A stretch of 64,000 nucleotides of DNA, from assembly GCA_021818465.1 (NCBI GenBank), contig JAKAEA010000001.1, forward strand, positions 454,045 to 518,044. The letters are read 5' to 3'. The position numbers and the translations under genes are program-made. The notes below the pieces were generated by a model. The model was not told where the DNA came from. It did no database searches and was given only the letters and a program-made list of their open reading frames with translations. Below, one piece after another: positions 28,359 through 37,219 of the stretch. Position 1 is the first letter of the stretch. Each line of letters opens with the position of its first letter. This DNA is from a bacterium (GTDB lineage Bacteria > Patescibacteriota > Minisyncoccia > Phycocordibacterales > JAKAEA01).

Positions 28359-30281
28359 TTATTTTAAAATAATTGCATGGTCCTGCGTACCGCTCGATTT
28401 TCGACGATGTTTAATTTTTTCTAAAAGTTCTGCGAGTGGTGCTGTGGCTACACACACATGTCGATCTGCGCCACCATAATAAATGGAAATGTTTCCATTG
28501 TGCACAATAGAACCGCATGCATATATAACACCAGGCTTACCACTGTTTTCGTACCACATATCTGGAGCTAAAATTGGATATGCTGAACGAGCAATAACTT
28601 TTTCAGGGTGGTGCGCATCAAGTAATAAAGCACCGAGTTTGTATTTACCTGGTTCAGATTTTTCGTGACCATGATATAACACCAACCAACCAGCTGGAGT
28701 TTTTATGGGAGGCGGACCAGCACCGCGCACTCGAGCATCCCATCGACCTGATATTTCCGGTATAGTAATAGGATCAACGCTATGTATCTGCCGATGCCCC
28801 TTAGCGAGCTCCTCGAGTGTGTGCACATATTCAATGCGTACCGTTGGTGTGACGCTATGCAAAATAGCAAATTTTCCGTCAATTTTTTCAGGAAAAAGTA
28901 CCCAGTTTTTATGGCGCTGACCAGGTGGCGAAATGAGAATCGGCTCAGTCCAACGCCAACGTTTATTGAGAAAATCTTCACGATTAATTGAACTCGCACC
29001 CATGCGAATAGAATTCCAATCATCAAAAGCGGTAAAAGTTAGATATATTTTATCTTCAATTTTTACTAAACGAGGATCTTCTACGCCGCCCCAACTGCCC
29101 CCCGAAGGATAGATTGTGGGACCATATTGTCGCTCTGCAATATCAGCAATTGATCGCAAACGTGGTAAAGCAAAAACCGGCTCCGTAGATCGATCGTCAA
29201 AATTAAATCCGTCGGCACTAGACGCATACCCGAGCACTGAGAGGCCGTGCGCACCGACAGCTCGATACAATACATGCACACGACCGTTGTCATAGATAGC
29301 CGCCGGATTAAACACTGCCTCATTTTCCCATTCATAATGAGGTCGGGCTTGCAATATCGGATTCGCGTGGTGTCTATTTAAAAAACGTCGTTCGGGTGGG
29401 GTGGCAAGTAATGGTACTGATTGCGGCAGCGGAATGGTAGCACGAATAATAGAGTTGTCCGCAGCAATCCAGTAGAGTGTCATCACACGTTCTCCATTTG
29501 GTTTTTCTGCATCCGTAAATGCAACGCCGAGGGGCAGTACCGCTCCTTTCTCGCTATACACAAGACTTTCCCATACCGGCACCGGAGACCGCCAGAGTAT
29601 TTTTTTAGGATTATCCGCAGCAAAAAGTATTGCACCTGCAGCTACACGCGTGAGTATACCCTCTGTACGTGAAGCATCATATATCACCAAAATACCTTCT
29701 GGTACCCGTCGTGTGCCAATAGGTACAAGAGGGCCACTATCAAATGCATTGTGTCGTGATGTGTATAATAAATCTGGCTCTTGTTTCCAATGTCGTAGGT
29801 CGCTAGAAAACAGTGCTGTGGTAAACAATCCGGAACGATATAGCCAATGATGACGTGGTGTTGAGGTAGCAAACACAAAATCAGGTATTGCTGTAGTGGC
29901 TAACACTTCTTTTTCTAAAGGGATTTCGCTTCGTACTAACCACGAATACACATCGTGCGCGGTAGCCACAACCAGCGAACGTGTATCATGTACTTCTTTG
30001 ACATACACAAGAACCCACGAATCACCGTCAACAAAAAAACGAAATTTTGAACAGAAGCGTGGATTTTCTTTAACGCCATTAGAATAGCGAATAGAAACTT
30101 CTTTACCAAGAAGACCAAAATAGCCCGTCACCTCTTCCCAAAGAATAGTGAGGGTCACTCGCACACCGCTTTCGCGGCGAACAAAGAGACCTTGTGTAGC
30201 GTTATACGTTAAGACACCGAGTGGTTGGCAATCCTTAAAACGAGGGAGCGTATGAGAACGAGTAATTTTAGTGCGAACCAT
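28359..30281 (-). CDS. Fused double GH130-family protein (divergent N-terminal half, canonical C-terminal half)
   Basis: C-terminal half has FNPAA, GVEDPRLV and YYGGAD. The N-terminal ~300 aa is propeller-like and more diverged. Paralog of the adjacent gene. Confidence 0.7.
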   Translation of the reverse strand: MVRTKITRSHTLPRFKDCQPLGVLTYNATQGLFVRRESGVRVTLTILWEEVTGYFGLLGKEVSIRYSNGVKENPRFCSKFRFFVDGDSWVLVYVKEVHDTRSLVVATAHDVYSWLVRSEIPLEKEVLATTAIPDFVFATSTPRHHWLYRSGLFTTALFSSDLRHWKQEPDLLYTSRHNAFDSGPLVPIGTRRVPEGILVIYDASRTEGILTRVAAGAILFAADNPKKILWRSPVPVWESLVYSEKGAVLPLGVAFTDAEKPNGERVMTLYWIAADNSIIRATIPLPQSVPLLATPPERRFLNRHHANPILQARPHYEWENEAVFNPAAIYDNGRVHVLYRAVGAHGLSVLGYASSADGFNFDDRSTEPVFALPRLRSIADIAERQYGPTIYPSGGSWGGVEDPRLVKIEDKIYLTFTAFDDWNSIRMGASSINREDFLNKRWRWTEPILISPPGQRHKNWVLFPEKIDGKFAILHSVTPTVRIEYVHTLEELAKGHRQIHSVDPITIPEISGRWDARVRGAGPPPIKTPAGWLVLYHGHEKSEPGKYKLGALLLDAHHPEKVIARSAYPILAPDMWYENSGKPGVIYACGSIVHNGNISIYYGGADRHVCVATAPLAELLEKIKHRRKSSGTQDHAIILK

Positions 30282-30298
30282 TACTCGTAATCTCCTTC

Positions 30299-30646
30299 TT
30301 ATACTCGACCATATTTATCTTCAATTCTTGTAATATCATGTTCGTCAAAAAAACCGAATGAGACTTCAAGCACCTGACAATCCTCCTGCTGTCCAGCAAG
30401 ACGATGGTTCGTTTGACGGGGAATAAAAAATTCATCACCCGGCTTAGCCGTTGTTTCTTTCTCATCAATAGTGACGAGAGGTTCTCCCGAAAGCACTCGC
30501 CAAAATTCACTGCGGCCTTCGTGACGCTGCAAACTAATTGCCTCGCCCGCCTTCACCACAATGATCTTTACCGTACACGGTTCGTTAAACGCAAACTGTC
30601 GAAACGAGCCCCACGGTTTCCTGACGGTCACCGGCTCACGCATCAT
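30299..30646 (-). CDS. Standalone type II mannose-6-phosphate isomerase-like cupin
   Basis: KPWGSFRQF...ISLQRHEGRSEFWRVLSG...GDEFFIP..NHRL matches the PMI/GMP C-terminal cupin. Confidence 0.7.
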   Translation of the reverse strand: MMREPVTVRKPWGSFRQFAFNEPCTVKIIVVKAGEAISLQRHEGRSEFWRVLSGEPLVTIDEKETTAKPGDEFFIPRQTNHRLAGQQEDCQVLEVSFGFFDEHDITRIEDKYGRV

Positions 30647-30782
30647 ATATGCATTATAGTGTATTTACTCTAACAACAATAACCTGTGTCTGTGGATAAT
30701 ACCTATTGATTTTTTATAAAAATAAAAAGCCCCGCTCATACGAACGAGGCAAAAATACAAACATGCTATGTAGGGCTACCAT

Positions 30783-31487
30783 TTATTCACATTTTACAAG
30801 CACACCATCGGCAACTGATTGATTCTCAACGCGAGAACCTATGTCAACAATCGCATTCATGATTTGTTCTGAAACAGTCCGAACATAGTCTCTGTTTAAC
30901 TTGCCAGATTGTCTAGAAAATAACAATGGCTCACCAAAATGTACCTGAACGTTTCCCCGTCTTAAAAAATCTCCGATGGTAGAACGGTGCGGTGGTGTAC
31001 CGCGGATATATACTGGAATTACCGGAGCACCTGATAGCAGTGCGAGTACGGCCGCTCCTTTTTTCGGAAATTTCAGGGCGCAATCAAGATCGGGAGGGCC
31101 TTCTGGAAAGATTCCTACAAGATCTCCTTCTTGCAAAGCACGAATAGCTGGTAAAAGACTAGCCAAACTTTTCACCGAAAGATCTACGGGAATCGCTCCG
31201 TCCAATTTGCAAGACCATTGTATCAAACCGCCAATAAAAGGGCGCTTGAATAAACGTCGAGCAGCAACAAAACGAATCAATCTAGAAGGACTGGCTATCA
31301 AGAGTATTGGAGGGTCAAGATCGCCCGTATGATTAGCGACAATAATTGCCGGGCCAGTTGCAGGAATTCGACATGCCCCCACAATTCGCCAACGATGCCA
31401 GAATCGGAGATATATACTGAATGCTGACAATAACACTGTTTGCAACGACGACAGAGATTTCGTGTGGTGGTTAGATGTAGTACACAT
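30783..31487 (-). CDS. Lysophospholipid acyltransferase (PlsC/LPLAT family)
   Basis: NHxxxxD box (ANHTGDLD) and FPEG box. RBS GGAGG 5 nt before ATG 31487. Confidence 0.7.
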   Translation of the reverse strand: MCTTSNHHTKSLSSLQTVLLSAFSIYLRFWHRWRIVGACRIPATGPAIIVANHTGDLDPPILLIASPSRLIRFVAARRLFKRPFIGGLIQWSCKLDGAIPVDLSVKSLASLLPAIRALQEGDLVGIFPEGPPDLDCALKFPKKGAAVLALLSGAPVIPVYIRGTPPHRSTIGDFLRRGNVQVHFGEPLLFSRQSGKLNRDYVRTVSEQIMNAIVDIGSRVENQSVADGVLVKCE

Positions 31488-31597
31488 CGTAGCCTCCTTT
31501 CTTGTAAAGAACAAAAATAACAGAATAAATATACCTAGTTATTGACAATGTGTCAATAATCTTAAATACTATATTTACTGTAACCTATCATACACAT

Positions 31598-32737
31598 ATG
31601 CGAGAATATGCGAGAAAAACACGTAATTCAAACCGAGATATATATAAAGGTATTTTTCTGTGGTGCGCGTTGCCGTTGCAAATTTTTTTTTATAACCTTT
31701 TTCATAGGCGCCGCTCTCTACACACTACCCCTAAAATTCTCATCATACACACCTGTCTTATAGGTGAATTTGCCGCTTCACTACCAGCGTTAGCAACTTT
31801 TCTGGAAAAAAATCCTGGAGCAATAGTGGACATAATGGTCTCCCCTCCTCTTAAACCGTTGGTTGAAAAAATACATGGTATTAGAAACGTATTCTGTGCT
31901 ACATCGATGTTTAATCGAACCTACGAGCACGATACGCACACGAATCAAAATTTCGATGTATATACAAAAATTATTATTCTTATTATCGGGCCAGAAGCTC
32001 AGGCCCTCTTATCAAAAATAAAAACGAATCGCATAGAACTTCGTTTTCTTGTGCTTATTCGCTATGGTCTTCACCTTGGAATTTGTTTGTTATTTCGGAG
32101 ACGTCCACGACCGTGGTCATATACTACATTTCAACTTTTAGGTCTCACACCTCAAGATTCTCTGACTATTAATTTTCATTCCTTTTTCCATTTTACTCAA
32201 TCGGATGAAGCCCGCATCCAGAGTCTACAACCTCTGCAAACTAATGAAATAAAAGTCATTATTCATACTGGCGGTGGCTGGGCAAAGTGTTGGAACAATG
32301 ATAAATGGATCGAGCTTCTAAAACAGTTGCATCATGTGCACGCTCTACGTTTTATTTTTATTGGTAATAGCAATCACGAAGAGGCTGATTATCAATATAT
32401 TGCCACTCGATTATCATTCCCAGTCTATTCACTCATAGGCAAAACAAACGTCGCTGAATCATTGCTTGTATTACGCATGAGTAATTACTTTATCGGTGTC
32501 GATAGTGGACCGAGGAATCTTGCTCACGTAGTTAACTTACCCAGTATTGTTCTCATGGGACCCGGGCCACACATTTTTACTCCTCCGAATCCTCGCGATA
32601 TTACTATTGATCGTTCCGGCGAACGTGGCCTTTATCAGATGTTTTTTCGTTCTCGCCATCCATTCATTGAAAAAATTAAACCAGCCGATGTTCTTGCCGC
32701 TTTCCGTGCGCGTATTTCTAGTGTACAAAATAATTGA
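31598..32737 (+). CDS. Glycosyltransferase family 9 (heptosyltransferase-like)
   Basis: C-terminal GT9 signature VDSGPRNLAHVVNLPSIVLMGPG. The N-terminal core starts near KILIIHTCLIG. The start is ambiguous (see findings). Confidence 0.65.
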   Translation: MREYARKTRNSNRDIYKGIFLWCALPLQIFFYNLFHRRRSLHTTPKILIIHTCLIGEFAASLPALATFLEKNPGAIVDIMVSPPLKPLVEKIHGIRNVFCATSMFNRTYEHDTHTNQNFDVYTKIIILIIGPEAQALLSKIKTNRIELRFLVLIRYGLHLGICLLFRRRPRPWSYTTFQLLGLTPQDSLTINFHSFFHFTQSDEARIQSLQPLQTNEIKVIIHTGGGWAKCWNNDKWIELLKQLHHVHALRFIFIGNSNHEEADYQYIATRLSFPVYSLIGKTNVAESLLVLRMSNYFIGVDSGPRNLAHVVNLPSIVLMGPGPHIFTPPNPRDITIDRSGERGLYQMFFRSRHPFIEKIKPADVLAAFRARISSVQNN

Positions 32738-33293
32738 GTACAATTTTATACACCCCAAATGCTAGTAGGGCCGCAAGTACCACTATAGTAATAGCTAAAT
32801 TAAAATTGTGAAGTATATTATTTATAGTTATATAAAATCGTCCAAAATAGTATCCAATGACAGTAAATACTGCCGCCTTACCAAGAGCCGCAACACTAAT
32901 AACTTGCAGATACTTCTTCATATCTGTTTTAGTCACCCCAGCAGTAAGTAGTATCGGTAGATTGGTTACATCTACGATTTTTCCCAAAAAAACAGTCGAG
33001 GCAAGATGTTTTTTATAATGTTCCTCTGCAAATTTTAAACGTTCATTTGTTACGCCCACATAATGTCCGTATCGGGGAATAATGGTGTTCCGTCCCAAAC
33101 GACCGATCCAATACAATCCTAAATCACCGATAATATCGCCGAGCACAGCAAAACCATACACAATAAAAACATTCAGAAATCCGAGCGAAGCTAAAAAAGA
33201 AGCAATGACTGTTGTGATTGGCCCTTCAATAATATCAACGGGCAAAAGAATAAAATATTTGTATGTTTCTAATAGATGAATAAATAAACTCAT
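32718..33293 (-). CDS. DedA family membrane protein
   Basis: VTT/DedA core (GDIIGDLGLYWIGR). Translationally coupled to the upstream oxidase (1-nt gap). Confidence 0.7.
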   Translation of the reverse strand: MSLFIHLLETYKYFILLPVDIIEGPITTVIASFLASLGFLNVFIVYGFAVLGDIIGDLGLYWIGRLGRNTIIPRYGHYVGVTNERLKFAEEHYKKHLASTVFLGKIVDVTNLPILLTAGVTKTDMKKYLQVISVAALGKAAVFTVIGYYFGRFYITINNILHNFNLAITIVVLAALLAFGVYKIVLNYFVH

Positions 33294-33294
33294 A

Positions 33295-35049
33295 TCAGAG
33301 TGCTTGGGACGTATCGACGTGCGTGAGCGCCTGTTCCCAAGTAACACCAACTTTTTTGTGTGGATTAAAGATTCCATCAGGATCAAAAACGTGCTTAGTT
33401 TTCTCAAACAGCGCGTACACCTCCGGGCCATACATTTCTTTCAAAAAACCAGAACGAACGAGACCGTCATTGTGTTCGCCTGTGATGGAACCGTGATACT
33501 GGAAAATAAGTTCGTTAACCTTAGGGGCCAATTCAGCAATCATCTGCGTTGATTTCGGATTGTGGAGATCCATAAGCGGAATGATGTGAAAATTACCGTC
33601 GCCAACATGGCCAGCAATGGTGTAGGTCATCGGATATTTGTCCAAGATAGCATAGAGCTTCGGTAAAAATTCTGGCAAATATTTTGGCGCCACCACAAAG
33701 TCATCAATAAACGGTGCGGTACGCAAACCTTTAACATGTTGACGGAGCATATTGAAGCTCTCACGTCGAATGGTCCAGAATTTTTGCACTTCACGCGGCG
33801 ACTGAGTGATACGCGACGGTGCACTAAACTCTTGCTTGGCAAATTCATGCACACTGGCTTGGGCTTTTTGAGCCGCAGCAAGTGCTGCCGCATCATTGTC
33901 AGCAGTAAACTCAGCCATTAAAACAAGTTTGGGCATACCGCCAGTGAGCACCGCCCAAAATTCAGGTAAAAATTGAATTGCCAAATTTATAAGATTCCCC
34001 TTCATTCGGTGAATCATGATTGGAAAAAACTTTACTGCAAGTTTAAAAGTATGATCGTCGTACGATTCCAAACTTTCTGGTTTAAATTGCAAAAGATGGT
34101 TGGTGATATCACCGAGACGATTCATATCTTTTAAGAACAGGACGAGTAAGCGCGAATGCGTACGCGGTCGAATCAAGCGAACCTTAATTTTTGTGACAAA
34201 ACCAAGCGTGCCTTGGGAACCAACGAGTAATTTGGTGATATCAAAAACGCCCCGCTTTGTGTCGAGTACATTCCACAGATAATAGCCAGCAGAATTTTTA
34301 CTCACTGGCGGCTTGGCCTTTTTCAAAAGTACATCGTTTTTTTCCACCAGCTCACTCATTTGTCGATACACTTCCCCTTCCAAGGTTTGAAGTTTTTTCT
34401 TCTCCTCTAACTCGACAAGCGAGAGCGGTTTAAACACGTACTCATTACCATCGCGTAAAACCATATGTAGTTCCAATACATAATCTTCTGTTTTTCCATA
34501 GAGTAAGGTCTTCTCACCACCGGAATTATTTGAAACCATACCACCAATCGTGCACAGTTCTCGTGATGCTGGATACGACGGTAAAATCATATCCCATTTG
34601 AGCGTAGCCTTATCGAAATCACGAAAATACACCCCGGGTTCAGTAATGGCCCAACCAGCAGTCGTCACGTCGCTCGTCACGCCATCATGAGCTCCCTCAG
34701 TGGTCAATTTTCCTAACTCTTCATGGATTTCGCCAATATGATTAAAGTACCGTGTAAAATCAACGGAAATTGATGATGTAAGTGGCCCACCGCTCATATC
34801 CGTTCCTGCCGAGCGCGCCGTGAGGGAGACGTCGACACCGGCTTTCTTTTGGGTCTCGGCCCACCGTACCAACCGCTTCACATCGTCGGTATGTTTAGGA
34901 AACACTACTAATGTTGGTTTTATAATAAAAAGACTAGCATCTTTACTGTGGCTCGTTAAGGTTTTTTCATCGCTGGCAATATCTCCTTCAAAACCTGTAT
35001 CCTTGATAGCTTCAGTAAAGCGAGCGGACATATCGTCGGAAGAGTTCAT
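33295..35049 (-). CDS. FAD-linked oxidase (PCMH-type FAD-binding domain plus C-terminal oxidase domain), 584 aa
   Basis: FAD-binding segment ...VVFPKHTDDVKRLVRWAETQKKAGVDVSLTARSAGTDMSGGPL... Confidence 0.75.
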   Translation of the reverse strand: MNSSDDMSARFTEAIKDTGFEGDIASDEKTLTSHSKDASLFIIKPTLVVFPKHTDDVKRLVRWAETQKKAGVDVSLTARSAGTDMSGGPLTSSISVDFTRYFNHIGEIHEELGKLTTEGAHDGVTSDVTTAGWAITEPGVYFRDFDKATLKWDMILPSYPASRELCTIGGMVSNNSGGEKTLLYGKTEDYVLELHMVLRDGNEYVFKPLSLVELEEKKKLQTLEGEVYRQMSELVEKNDVLLKKAKPPVSKNSAGYYLWNVLDTKRGVFDITKLLVGSQGTLGFVTKIKVRLIRPRTHSRLLVLFLKDMNRLGDITNHLLQFKPESLESYDDHTFKLAVKFFPIMIHRMKGNLINLAIQFLPEFWAVLTGGMPKLVLMAEFTADNDAAALAAAQKAQASVHEFAKQEFSAPSRITQSPREVQKFWTIRRESFNMLRQHVKGLRTAPFIDDFVVAPKYLPEFLPKLYAILDKYPMTYTIAGHVGDGNFHIIPLMDLHNPKSTQMIAELAPKVNELIFQYHGSITGEHNDGLVRSGFLKEMYGPEVYALFEKTKHVFDPDGIFNPHKKVGVTWEQALTHVDTSQAL

Positions 35050-35068
35050 ATGCTAGTATTATAGCACA
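35050..35068. promoter_or_regulatory. 19-nt divergent region with face-to-face -10 boxes (TATTAT on plus; TGnTATAAT on minus), implying two leaderless transcripts
   Basis: Sequence CATATGCTAGTATTATAGCACAATG: the plus-strand -10 ends 7 nt before ATG 35069, and the minus-strand extended -10 ends 8 nt before ATG 35049. Confidence 0.4.
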
Positions 35069-35680
35069 ATGTCTGTTTCGTTTCTTTTTTCGATTTTCAA
35101 CTTTGTGCCGGCAATTAAATATCCTCTTATTATGCTCGGCGCTCTTTTAGTTGGGCCACTTATGACGATGATAAGTGGCATTTTTGTTCGGCTAAATTTT
35201 GTTGACTTGATCCCTGTTTACTTTACTCTCATTGTTGCTGATATCATCGGCGACATCGGTTGGTATTGGATTGGCCGACGCTGGGGGCGACCATTTATTG
35301 CAAAATTCGGACGTTTTTTTTCTATTACCGAACAACACGTGGTAACACTGGAGAAATTTTTTCATCGATACCATGAGCGTATTTTAATCATTTCAAAACT
35401 AACGATGGGTTTCGGTTTTGCTGCAGTAACACTATTTACTGCTGGTTTCAGCCGTGTTCCCTTCTCTCGTTATATTCTCATTAATGCTATTGGTGAATTT
35501 TTCTGGACAGCAATCTGGCTTGCTATAGGTTTTTTCTTTACCGATCTCTTTATACGTTTAAACAATATTTTGAGTCAAATTACCGTTGTCGTCGCTGCAC
35601 TCATTTTTTTCGCTGCACTCATTGGGGTCGGCAACTATCTTCGCCATCGTTTTATTGATCATAATCATAGTATCGCTTAA
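35069..35680 (+). CDS. DedA family membrane protein (tandem paralog 1)
   Basis: GDIGWYWIGRRWGRPFIAKFGRFFSITE... Highly similar to the next gene. Confidence 0.7.
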   Translation: MSVSFLFSIFNFVPAIKYPLIMLGALLVGPLMTMISGIFVRLNFVDLIPVYFTLIVADIIGDIGWYWIGRRWGRPFIAKFGRFFSITEQHVVTLEKFFHRYHERILIISKLTMGFGFAAVTLFTAGFSRVPFSRYILINAIGEFFWTAIWLAIGFFFTDLFIRLNNILSQITVVVAALIFFAALIGVGNYLRHRFIDHNHSIA

Positions 35681-35682
35681 TC

Positions 35683-36282
35683 ATGTCACCTGCTATTCTT
35701 TTTGGTCTTGTACCAATTATTAAATACCCACTGATTATTCTCGGGGCTATGTTTGAGGGACCAATTATTATGATGCTTGCGGGTGTTTTTATACGACTTA
35801 ATTTTATTGATCTTATCCCCGCTTTTTTTGCCCTTATGGTTGGCGATCTTATCGGCGACATCGGCTGGTACTGGATTGGTCGACGCTGGGGACGACCGTT
35901 CATCGCGAAATTCGGACGGTTTTTTTCTATCACTGAAAAACATGTGATAACGTTGGAGAAATTTTTCCACTTATATCATGAAAAAATTCTTATTGTCTCA
36001 AAACTAACGACCGGCTTTGGTTTCGCTCCTTTGGTGTTATTTACTGCCGGACTCTCCAACACTCCCTTCCGCCGATACCTACTTATCAATTCCATTGGAG
36101 AACTATTTTGGACAGGATTATTGGTAAGTATTGGTTTTTTCTTTACAGATTTATATGTACACGTTAACAATCTTCTTGGCCGAGTGGCAATGTTTGCTGG
36201 AATTGTTATTATAGCGATAATAATATTCGGTTTTGGAAAATATATTCGTTCAAAAATTCTTAAAAAATATGAAGGAGACTAA
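35683..36282 (+). CDS. DedA family membrane protein (tandem paralog 2)
   Basis: Near-duplicate of 35069..35680, with collinear identity along the whole length. Confidence 0.7.
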   Translation: MSPAILFGLVPIIKYPLIILGAMFEGPIIMMLAGVFIRLNFIDLIPAFFALMVGDLIGDIGWYWIGRRWGRPFIAKFGRFFSITEKHVITLEKFFHLYHEKILIVSKLTTGFGFAPLVLFTAGLSNTPFRRYLLINSIGELFWTGLLVSIGFFFTDLYVHVNNLLGRVAMFAGIVIIAIIIFGFGKYIRSKILKKYEGD

Positions 36283-37063
36283 TGTACACAGCCCCTCTGT
36301 TTCTATAATCATAGCTGCATATAATGAAGAAAAGTATATTGGCGCCACTATTGAAGCGGTACTAGCATTAGCATATCCAAATTTTAACGTGATTGTTGTT
36401 GATAATAATTCGCACGATGGCACGGCAGCTATTATTAAAAAGTATCCTGCCGTTACGTACATTTTAGAAAAGAAACCGGGAGTACAATTTGCCCGGGAAG
36501 CTGGCCAAGAAGCCACCGAGAGCGACATTATCGCCTTTTTAGACGCTGACTGCTTACCGCCACGTGATTGGTTAACACGTTGTGTTGCGCATTTACACAC
36601 TGGCGCAGTGGCGGTAGCGGGACCATACTATTATTACGATAATGGTAAAATTTTTGGAGCAATAAGTCTTTTTATTCAACAAATATGCTACACTCCAACC
36701 CACTACCTCCTACAGTGGTTGCACATTGGTGGTACTATGGCCTTTGGTAATGTTGTGGTAACAAAAAAAGCTCTGCGCGCTATCGGCGGTATTAACACAG
36801 AAATTGTTTTTTATGGAGACGACACTAATTTTGCCAAGCAACTTACGACTGTTGGCCATATTATTTATGATCCGCACCTCATCGTATATAGTTCCGCTCG
36901 CCGTTTTAAAGAATTAGGTATCCTGCGAACATTGAGTTTATACTGGTGGTTTTTTGTTCGAGAGGCAATCTTGAAAAGTTTTTTTAAGAAATCAGCATCA
37001 GTGAATAAACGTGCCGGCGAGCGCAAGCAGGTAACTCCAACCGCTCCGGACACCTTCAACTAA
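36269..37063 (+). CDS. Glycosyltransferase family 2 (polyprenyl-phosphate sugar synthase-like)
   Basis: VSIIIAAYNEE...VVDNNSHDGT...DAD (DxD motif). RBS AAGGAGA upstream. Overlaps the preceding DedA gene by 14 nt. Confidence 0.75.
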   Translation: MKETNVHSPSVSIIIAAYNEEKYIGATIEAVLALAYPNFNVIVVDNNSHDGTAAIIKKYPAVTYILEKKPGVQFAREAGQEATESDIIAFLDADCLPPRDWLTRCVAHLHTGAVAVAGPYYYYDNGKIFGAISLFIQQICYTPTHYLLQWLHIGGTMAFGNVVVTKKALRAIGGINTEIVFYGDDTNFAKQLTTVGHIIYDPHLIVYSSARRFKELGILRTLSLYWWFFVREAILKSFFKKSASVNKRAGERKQVTPTAPDTFN

Positions 37064-37207
37064 AAGTTGCCACGCGTACTGTAGATTGGCCTGCACTGTG
37101 GGAGATTCTACAATAGTTTGAATATTAATTTTAAAGTAACCAAGAATAACAAGAGCAGCCACAATAAGAAGTACCGCCGTAATGAAACCAGAACGAGCAT
37201 TGAGCAT
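36998..37207 (-). CDS. Possible small membrane protein (69 aa) downstream of gltX
   Basis: Single TM segment (GFITAVLLIVAALVILGYF). Convergently overlaps the GT2 3' end by 66 nt, so the call is uncertain. Confidence 0.25.
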   Translation of the reverse strand: MLNARSGFITAVLLIVAALVILGYFKINIQTIVESPTVQANLQYAWQLLVEGVRSGWSYLLALAGTFIH

Positions 37208-37219
37208 AGCCCTATAGTA

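Noticed and set aside
30647-30782. Possible riboswitch in the plsC-cupin spacer
   Set aside because: Only an imperfect GC hairpin followed by a T-run (minus strand) was seen. It is more simply a terminator after the acyltransferase gene.
36250-36600. 116-aa minus-strand ORF inside the GT2 gene
   Set aside because: It is antisense to a clear GT2 domain and has no supporting signals.
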